This document shows positions 34,201 to 64,000 of a stretch of DNA of 64,000 nt, piece by piece (the stretch's first letter is position 1; every line of letters begins with the position of its first letter). Under the pieces are notes generated by a model. That model did not search any database. It was given only the letters and a program-made list of their open reading frames with translations, and was not told the origin of the DNA. The DNA comes from Phaeosaccion multiseriatum (taxonomy: Eukaryota; Protista; Ochrophyta, other classes). The stretch covers positions 4,960,001 to 5,024,000 of the forward strand of contig OZ218951.1 of the NCBI GenBank assembly GCA_965112735.1. Reading direction: 5' to 3'. Made by a program: the position numbers and the translations under genes.

Positions 34201-37182
34201 TCACACTTCATGAGCAGCTTCTCCTCCTTGTACTGTATCACCAACTGCTACTGCTGCGGCGGCTGCTGCTTCCTCCTGCTCCTTATCAAGTGCGTGTACC
34301 TTGGAGCTTGATCGTCGTCTCACAAACGCGGAAAGCCCCCCCCTCGAGGCACTAGGGGTAGCCGCCTGCTCGGACCCCCCTCCTCCCCCCCCCTCTGTCC
34401 CATAGTTTGCCCCAGCCTGCTGATCTACCCGATCCGGTGGTGGTAGTACATCTTGCTGCACCTGACTCGCTGCCCATCGGTCCAGCAGAACGCGACTCGT
34501 TTCCTTCGTCGGCGTCTCCTCCGTCCTCCCCACCCCGCCCCTTTCCTCCGTCGCTCCCAAACCCCTGCTCGCTCCTCCGTCTCCGTCCTTCTCTTCCCCA
34601 TAACCACTCTTGCCATACCCATCACTACCACCACCATCACCAGTTGGTGATACACCATCACCAGTTGGTGATACACCATCACCAGTTGGTGATACACCAT
34701 CACCAGTTGGTGATACACCACCACCATCACCAGTTGGTGATACACCATCCCCACCAACACCACGACCACCACCACCACCACCACCACCACCACCACCATC
34801 ACCAGTTGGTGATACACCACCACCACCACCATCACCACCATCACCAGTTGGTGATACACCATCATCGTCCCCCCCGACATCACCGTTGCCCTTGTTGTGA
34901 CCAGTGCCCACGACTCCTCCTCCTCCTCCTCCTCCTCCCATGCCGCTCCTGCCCTCCTTGAGCCTTGCGATCTCTGCTTTCAACATACGCACTTGTATGC
35001 GTAACTCCTCCGAAGTCTCCTTCTCCTCCTCCTTCTTCTCCTCCCCCACCACACCAACAATCAAAGGAGACAAACGTAAAGGACGAGAGGGGGTGGAGCC
35101 ATCCACCACCGCCGGTTCGAAAGACGCACGGGAGGGGGACCCAAGCCCCACAGCCGACTGCACGCTTATCGTCATGCGGTCCATAAGAGACGGACGACGC
35201 TTCGCCTCTGCTGTATCACCAACTGCTGCACCTGCTGGTGGTGGTGCAGCTGCTGAGTCCGTCGGAGCTGCGCTACTTCGAATGGGACTCCGATCGACGA
35301 CATCCTGCCGAGCAGCAGTGCTATTGCCCTGTCTGCCCTTTTCCGCTGCTGCTGCCGATGTGCCAGCATCGGTGTCCCACCGCTGGATGCCGTGTGACTC
35401 CGATACTCCACTCCTCATACTCCCTCCGTCGCCGGTAGCGTAGCTCCTTGTTCGTTTCATGTCGCCGCTTGTTACTCCGCCGCTTGTTACTCCGCCGCTT
35501 GCTATTCCGCTCGGCCCTGCCCTACTCGTCGGTCCTCTCGGTCCTCTGCTCGTCATTCCTGTTTGGCTTCGAGGGAGAGAACCTGCTGTCGCCCTGATAT
35601 CCTTAAGGAGGTCATCGACGGTTACATCTTGGTTCTCTCTTGACGTGTGGAAGAGGTACTGTGTGGGTGGGTGCGTGTGTGTGGGGGGGGGGGGGGGGGA
35701 GTTGATAGATATGGGATGTAGGTGAGGGAGGGAGAGAGAGGAAGGAGGGAGGGATGGAGGGGAGGGGAGGGGCGGGGAGGGACGGGGGGGGGGAGGAGGG
35801 AGGGGGGGAAGCAATCAAGTGAGTTAAGAAGCAAGCAAGGTGAGTGGCAGGATGTAGCAAGGAAGGATGGACGCCAACAGAGACTTCCTCTCCCCCTCCC
35901 TCTCCCTCCCTGCTTCTTCTTCTCCCTCACCTTGGGTACGATTACACACGCCACAGCCGCCACTGCACTCATCGACACTCCGAACGCCACAACGAAGATC
36001 ATGCTGCTTGTCGGTAAGTTAGCGACGAGCGTTAGGCCGCACATTCCTCCAATAAGGGCGATGGAGTAGATTGCAAACATTATCTCTCGAGACTCCGCAA
36101 AGCTGCAAGGGGTGAGGGATGTCAGGACACGGCGGGGGTCAGGGGTGTCAGGATAGGGAGCGGTGAGGGGTGTCGGGACAGAGGGGAGGAGTGAAGGGTG
36201 TTAGGACAGAAGGGGTTTAGAGTGAGGGCTGTCGGGACAGCGGGGGGGGTGAGTGGAGGGTGTCAGGACAGATAGGCTGAAGGGCGGCGTCAGGACAAGA
36301 CAAGAGAGGGCGAAGATAGTTATCTCTTTGCCCTCACCACCCTTCTCACCCCCCCCACGACCTGACACTCCTCACCTGCTGCCCACCGCCCTGGTCTCGT
36401 AGCTCAGATAGCAGCCGATGACGAGCACGATAAAGTGATAAAAGTAGAGCAGGCTGCTCAAGTTGATGTCGCCTTCACTGCAAAAGCTGTGGGGTGGAGT
36501 GGAGTTGGGTTGGGTGAAGTGCGGTCGGGTGGGGTGGATATGTGAGCGTGTGGTGAGTGAGTAGATGGTCGGGTGTTGGTGGGTGTGTTGGTGATACAGG
36601 GGAGGGTGGGTTTGGAAAGTATTACCAGGGGTTACCGTTGATGTTGCATTTCGATAGGCAACACCAAGAAGACAAAAAACAGCAGCCCGAGAGACTCTGG
36701 TCGACTTCCATCCCACTGCCACTCCTACGGTTACCGTCCGACATCAACACATCTCCACTCCTCCACCCACTCACCCATCCTGTATCACCAACACACCTGA
36801 ACGTCACATCGTCGCCAACCAACGAGTTGTACTCCGTAATCTCCTCCGCCCGAGGGGGAGCCACAAGGGTCCAGGTCAACAGTATGGCGACGTCGACGAA
36901 TACCATCACCCCAAGGTACTTGTACAAGCTTTCTGCCTTGAGCGTTACTCGTTTCACTCCGTTACGTACGAAGATGCACCACACGCGGTACACCTGTTGG
37001 TGATACAGAGAGGGTGGGTTGGTGGGTGGGCGTGTGGGCGTGTGTGGGTGAATGGGGTGTAGGGACGGGATGGCAGTGGATGGAGTGTAGACAGGGCAGT
37101 GGGGGGAGTGGGGGGATGGCCATGGATGGCAGTGGGTGGGGTGGGTTCGTGGGGATGGGTGTGTGTATGTGTATGGGGGTGT

Positions 37183-37269
<87 letters not shown>

Positions 37270-39284
37270 CGTTGTCTGTCAGCCGTGGTTGGGACGGGGA
37301 AACCGAAGTCACGAGTGGGCGCAAAAGCTTCCATTCGACACCCACACAAAAGCCCACACACACACCCACACACACACACACAAACACACACGCACCCACA
37401 CACACACACACACCCACACACACACCCACACACACCCATACCCACACCCACACACATCCCTACCCACATGCACACCACACCCGCAACCACATCCAGTTTC
37501 AGTATTCAGTTTATGTGACCTTATCAATATCGAACACCTAATTGGAGTCGATAACGAAGCCTTCTGTGCTTGCTCCACCCCCACACCCTTGTCCTGACAC
37601 CAACTGATAAATGTATCATTTGATTTACCTTAAGGAAGAGGGCCCCAATACTCGCAGTAACAGACACGTGAAAGACCCAGGGAGCGGCGAGGCAGGCCCA
37701 AGAGGTGACCGGCCCGAGGCGAAGGAGGGTACTAAGGCACGCTATGGCGGAGAAGGCAATGAAGAGCATCATGAATTGCGGCTGGGACACCTGTTGGTGA
37801 TACGGTTGGTGATGCAGTTGGTGGTACAGCAGTATTTAGTGGTTTAGCGGTTGGTGATACAGCAGCAGCAGAAGTTGGGTAATTGGTGGTACGGCAGCAG
37901 CAGCAGGTGGTGGCGGTACCGCTATTCGTTGAATCAGCGGTTGGTAATACTTCCTTCCTCCCTCCCTCCGTCCCTCCCTCCCTCCCTCCCTCCCTCCCTC
38001 CCTCCCTCCCTCCCCCCTCCCCTCGCTCCCCTCCCTCCCTCCACTGACCTTGATGATAGGACTGTCTCTATGGAGCGCCACCCACAACCCTGATACCACC
38101 GCCACCAGCGCTGCCACAATGGCCATGGAAGCACATGCTATGCCCAAGCGTGAGCGGACCGGTACCCACTCACACTCGAGGTTGTGGATCATTCCTGGGA
38201 GTGTGTCTCCGCCCTGACACTCGGTACCCTCTACCCAAAAGTACTGAACGGTGCGTGAATTGTTATTGAAGCACTCTGTTAGGAGTGGAGACGGAGGGAG
38301 AGGGAGGGAGGGGGAGGGGGCGTGTGGACGTTAGAGACTCGCCCCACAGACCAAGCGAGGATAGAACACACAGTCACACACACACACACACACGCACACA
38401 CAATCTACTCACACGCGTACATACATACACACAGACACACTCGCACGCACACTCAAACACACACGTACACACGCACACATGTGTGCAGACACACATGCAC
38501 ACATATGCACACACAAACACACACGCACACACTCACGCACGCATTCTCTCAGACATACACACTCACACACTCTCATAGACATAAACTCACGCACTTACAC
38601 ACACACTTACACACACACGCACGCACACTCACACACTCACACACTCACACACTCACACAATCACACACTCACACAATCACTCAATCACTCAATTACACAA
38701 TCACACACACTCTCTCTCTCTCTCTCACACACACACAACCCCACACCCCCCGATTCCACACCCCACCCCCCCGATTCCACACCTTCGCTAACCGAAGCGT
38801 AGAAGTTGACGCTGGAGCACGCATCACAGCCTTCTTCCTCGCAGAAGCACGAGCCGTCACCTAGCTCAGCAATACACGTCCGGTAGGAGAAGGTCTGCAT
38901 GGGGTAGATGAGGTTGCCCGTGGCTTTGTCGTCAGGGAGGACTACTTTGAGGTCAAGGTCCTCGTTGTTGCGTTGAACAAAAGAGTAACCGCCGGTGGAG
39001 AGTCCCGCCGAATCGACTGAGTGGAAGGGTGGGGAGGGTGCAATGGTGGGGAAGGGTAGGGTAGAGGAGGGAAGGGAAGGGGAGGGGAGGGGAGGGGAGG
39101 GGAGGGGAGGGGAGGGGAGGGGAGGGAAGGGGAGGGGAGGGGAGGGGAGGGGAGGGGAGGGGAGGGGAGGGGAGGGGAGGGGTTTAGTTGGTGAAGAGAC
39201 AGCCAGGGAATGACGTTCGCTCGCGCGCAGGTGCGCAGCGTACGATGCATGCACTACGCACGCAAGCACACGCACACACACATG

Positions 39285-39326
<42 letters not shown>

Positions 39327-39332
39327 CACATG

Positions 39333-39373
<41 letters not shown>

Positions 39374-41792
39374 AGCCATCCATTGTCATCCATCCATTGC
39401 CCTCCATCCACTGTCATCCATCCACTGCCATCCATCCACTGCCATCCATCCTCTGCCATCCATCGACTCACAGTGCAGTGCGCCGAAGAGCGTGTCGTAA
39501 GTCGTACGGTACATGGCCTCAACAATGGATTGGGTGGAGGAGGATTGAGCCGATTCCTGAGAGGCGAATGGGCAGAGGGATGATGGATGGACAGTTAGAG
39601 GTACATAGGCAGAGAGAGAGGTGGAGAGACGGAGGGAGGGAGGGAGGGAGGGATGGCAGAGGGGATAGAGGCATACGGGCAGAGGGGATGAATGGATGGA
39701 CAGGCTGGTTAGAGGGGTATGGGCAGAGGCAGGGAGTTGGAGGGAGGACAGAGCCGAGGTCAAACTCATACTACGCGCCAACTTGAAAAAAAACCGGCAG
39801 TCCCATATTCACCTAACACGCTCTTACTGACTTACGATGGCCTTGTAGACAGCAAGCATCCCTACAAACTGCGCCGGAGCCCTGTACGTGGGCACGTAGC
39901 CGTACCTCTCCTCGAACAGCTCTGTCCAGGAGGTGGCCGTGTAGCCTGTAATCTCACACGAGAGGGGCATGTCTTGATGCCACATGACTGGGCCGAGGAC
40001 GTAGCGGCCGGAGGTGCCCGTGTTGGTGGGGAAGGCGGAGATGTCGACGGACTGGGCAACTACTATGGCTGACACGTCGAGTTGCTGTTGTTGTCGGAAG
40101 GAGGGAGGCAGTGGAGGGGATGGAGGGACGGGGGAGGGGGAGACATGAAGGGAGGGAGGGAGGGAGGAAGGAAGGAAGGAAGGAAGGAAGGAAGGAAGGA
40201 AGGAAGGAAGGAAGGAAGGAAGGAAGGAAGGAAGGAAGGAAGGAAGGAAGGAACGAACGAACGAACGAACGAACGAACGAACGAACGAAGGAAGGAAGGA
40301 ACGAAGCACGTACGAAAGTAAGGAAGAGGGGAAGGAGGGGAGCGAGAAGACCATAAGCTGCACCGAGGCCCGAGAGCGAACGCCCTGCTCTACTTTACGA
40401 CCGGTGCTCTTCCACACACAAAACTCTTCCTCTTTCCTCCTCCTCCTCCTCCTCCTCCTCCTCCTTCTCTCTCACGTACCTCCTCTTCCAGCTTCGGCAA
40501 AAGATCCATTGCATAGTCACTATACATACACGCCACGACAGCATCAATCGGATCTTCCCCATTCACCCTCGACAAGGTCTGAGCCAAAGTGTTGAGCTCG
40601 TCATCGTCAGGACCAGAGGAGAGCGTCGTGTTAAAGCCCACTCGAATCCCCAAGTCGTAGGCGCTGGCAAGGTCCTCGATGTAAGACATGGCTCCTGCGC
40701 ACACGGAGAGGGTGTAGGAAAGGTCCTGTTCGATGGCAATGGATGGCGTGGGCGTGGGCGTGGGCGTTAGAGGTGGGGGATGGATGGCAGTGGATGGGGT
40801 GGGGGGTATATGGGTATCGTAGGCGCTTCACTCTACTCATTCACGCATGCACACACCACACACACATACACATACACATACACACACACAACACGCACAC
40901 ACACACACGCACCTGCTGCACGACCGCGATGTTCCTTGCTCCTCGAAGGAAGAGCGACACAATGGCCTGATGCATCACCTTTGAACTTGGCACCAGAGGC
41001 GTAAAGGCATAGGAGGATCCCGTGTACACCGAGTCGGTGGCGACACCCCCTGCCGTCATAATGACTTGGTTTGCTTCTGACACCTGAACCGCCGCTCTGC
41101 CCAGAACGGTGGAGTAAGGGGCCAAGTAGAAGTCGGCGCCGGTGTCGATAATGTCTTGCATGAGGCCGGGGATGGCGGTGGAATTCTGGGCATCGTCGGT
41201 GAAGTTTACGCTTGCTCCGTAGGTAAAGTTGCCGATTTTGATGCCGCCCTGGACACGGTTGATCCACCTGTGTGTGTTAAGAGAGGGGTAGGTGCGGGGA
41301 GGAAGAGGGAGAGAGGGGTTGGCGGGGGAGGAGGGAGGAGAGCGGTGAGGGGAGGGAGGGAGGGAGGAAGAGGGAGGGAAGAGGGCGCAAAGCAGACAAC
41401 AACAGAGCGAGTGATGCGTGTGTATGTGTGCGTGAGTGTGTGTGCGCGCACCGTTGACTTCCGAGCGAAGGCTAGCTGCTTGCATTTCATGGCGTACATC
41501 ACTACTTTGCAAAGCGAGCACGAGGGCTCAATCTTCGTAGCACTCACCACACGAACATATCCGCCGCATCCTCCATGGACTGGCATACGCTGATGAAGGA
41601 GCTGCTCCGCCCTGTCCTACTGCACAGTCCCGCCCACTGGAAAGTGCCATCGTAGTCGTTGCCCTCCAGAGTGACCGGAGTCAGGTCCAGCGCCTCCGTA
41701 GAGAGGGGAAGTCGCTGCATCATCTGCATCAAGAACCCCTCCAGCAGCAGCACGGATGTTGCCCGCCGCAGGCGTGGAGGAAAAGCGCACAT
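34201..41792 (-). CDS. Class C (GABA-B-like) GPCR: periplasmic-binding (Venus flytrap) domain, Cys-rich linker, 7TM, long disordered C-tail; about 12 exons
   Basis: WINRVQGGIKIG..FTDD, YLAPYST, LFEERYGYVPTY, TLFGALHFDSAG; HRDSPIIK|VSQPQF, GALFLK|VYRVW, DVAILLTW, GCYLSYETR..FAESREIMFAIY, VIVPK. Confidence 0.9.
34633..34862. repeat. 21-bp coding minisatellite CACCATCACCAGTTGGTGATA (7 copies) encoding GVSPTGD in the GPCR tail
   Basis: Motif starts at 34643, 34664, 34685, 34706, 34733, 34805, 34847. Confidence 0.95.
36113..36300. repeat. Degenerate array of about 7 GGTGTCAGGACA-like words in a GPCR intron
   Basis: gtcaggaca, gtgtcaggata, gtgtcgggaca, gtgttaggaca, ctgtcgggaca, gtgtcaggaca, gcgtcaggaca; same core as the 19-bp satellite. 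Confidence 0.8.
36582..36797. mobile_element. Possible MITE-like segment: 216 bp bounded by perfect 19-bp inverted repeats, one overlapping a splice donor
   Basis: GGTGTGTTGGTGATACAGG (36582-36600) and CCTGTATCACCAACACACC (36779-36797), with TG on both outer sides. Single copy in the window. Confidence 0.3.
39376..39463. repeat. 14-bp tandem CCATCCACTGCCAT, about 6 degenerate copies, just inside a GPCR intron donor
   Basis: Directly visible. Confidence 0.9.
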
Positions 41793-42378
41793 GTCTACCT
41801 CGCCCCTCCCTCTCTCTCTTTCCTTCTATGCCTCTCTCTCTCCGTCCGTATCTCTTTCTCCTGCGCTTTATATTTTATATTTGCTTCCCTGCTCACTCAA
41901 GAGGCGGCCCCCTTTTTCCGCTGTGGGCGCTTCCCCTCTCTCTTTCCCCCTCCCCCTACTACAGTCGACGACTCTTCTTCTGCGTCGTTTCAATGACTTT
42001 GCTGTGGATGGTGCCACTCTTTTCAATATATTCTTTTTTTTACAATTTCTGTAACTGCTGAGTCCAAATCACAAACGATCGAAAGTGAGAAAATGAGGGG
42101 CATCACCATTCTCCCCCCCGCTAGCCCTCTTACAAGCGTATTTGGCCGTGAGGGGAGAAAAGGGCATTTGTTGGGTGTCTAAGCCCACATAATCCCGAAC
42201 AGACGTCGATGGAATACTCTTTCCCCCCCCCCCCCCATCACCCCATCTCTCTTCAAACCCTACTCTATTCTTCAAAAGTCTTCAAATATATTAAGGAAAA
42301 AATAGTAATAAACAAGGGGGGAAATAATTCAAACATAAAATCAACTTTTCCATGCCTCCACCCACCCAAGCCACCCTC

Positions 42379-63351
<20,973 letters not shown>

Positions 63352-63859
63352 GCCCCCCGGGCGCGATATCGCGCAGACTGCCCTGCCTCCCAACCCCTTA
63401 CCTACTTTCCCCCACCCTGCACCGTCCGCCTTTCTCTAATTCCGGCCTTTTAGCAGGAGGCTTTTTTTTTCCAAAGGCGAAAGATATTGGCCCCAAGCCG
63501 GGGCAGTCTCTACGAGTGCGCCTTGCGATGCACCCCCTTCCGCCACCCCTTAGCCCTGGCCGTAGTCCTTTCAACTCTTGCGCACAACTACACCCCTTGC
63601 ATCCTACCTTAGCCCTCTAAATAATCCCCACGGGGAGGGGCAACTCTTCCAACACGTAAGCTTACGTAGCGCCAGCAATTTCTCCCCTCGCCTGACATCG
63701 CAAACAAGAGAGAGAGGAGAAGAGGGGAGACAATAGCGTGGTAGCTACGTAGAACTGCTGCTTGCTGTTGCTCTTCTTTCTGCCCGCCGCGCTCAGTCGC
63801 ATAGTATTGCCTCAGAGGGAGCGAATTGGCCACGGGAGAGCATCGATCTATCGAGCAGG
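63352..63859. promoter_or_regulatory. Probable bidirectional promoter and 5'UTRs between the CHD gene and NDUFB3
   Basis: Divergent start codons about 510 bp apart. Similar head-to-head pairs at 2156/2309, 19013/19370 and 29018/29278. Confidence 0.55.
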
Positions 63860-64000
63860 ATGGTCTTCGGTGGGCAGGACGCATGGAGGAGGCATCCGAT
63901 GCTGACCAAGTGTGCCAATAGGCCTTTCCCCATGCTGGGGACCGCAGTGGTTATCTTCGGCGGCTACATGATCATCGACTACGTTGCGAACAAGGCATTG
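63860..64000 (+). CDS. NDUFB3: Mitochondrial complex I subunit B12, 5' part (runs off the window; absent from the ORF track)
   Basis: MVFGGQDAWRRHPMLTKCANRPFPMLGTAVVIFGGYMIIDY matches the B12 signature D.WR.HP.L...P.LG.....F..Y. Confidence 0.85.
   Translation, partial: MVFGGQDAWRRHPMLTKCANRPFPMLGTAVVIFGGYMIIDYVANKAL

Overview
Eukaryotic nuclear DNA: GC-rich, intron-rich, canonical GT-AG introns, standard genetic code. It is probably a photosynthetic stramenopile (ochrophyte); this is an inference from a signal peptide plus 'CRA-FTP' bipartite plastid presequence and C-x4-C..C-x2-HG zinc-finger repeats. I reconstructed 12 genes by hand: F-box/Tudor protein, three ankyrin-repeat paralogs, Hsp110, a WRKY19-like zinc-finger protein, NAA10, an EGY-like M50 peptidase, a class-3 lipase, a class C (GABA-B-like) GPCR, a CHD6-9-like remodeller and the 5' end of NDUFB3. 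Most ORFs in the supplied track are artefacts of simple repeats. No tRNA, rRNA, CRISPR or transposase was seen. Two signals stand out. (1) An 11-bp DNA word, GTATCACCAAC, occurs as 23 exact copies in exons (three frame/strand readings), UTRs and introns. In introns it has a fixed polarity and twice abuts the acceptor AG. Two sister words (CCATCCACTGCCATC, TGTCCTGACAC) mostly share that polarity, and each word has seeded a local tandem array, up to a 5.2-kb intronic satellite. (2) A 'natural DARPin'-like ankyrin family has variable repeat number, hypervariable binding-face codons on a near-identical scaffold, and an almost invariant C-terminal tail resembling a truncated F-box. All counts and exon boundaries were read by eye and need computational confirmation.
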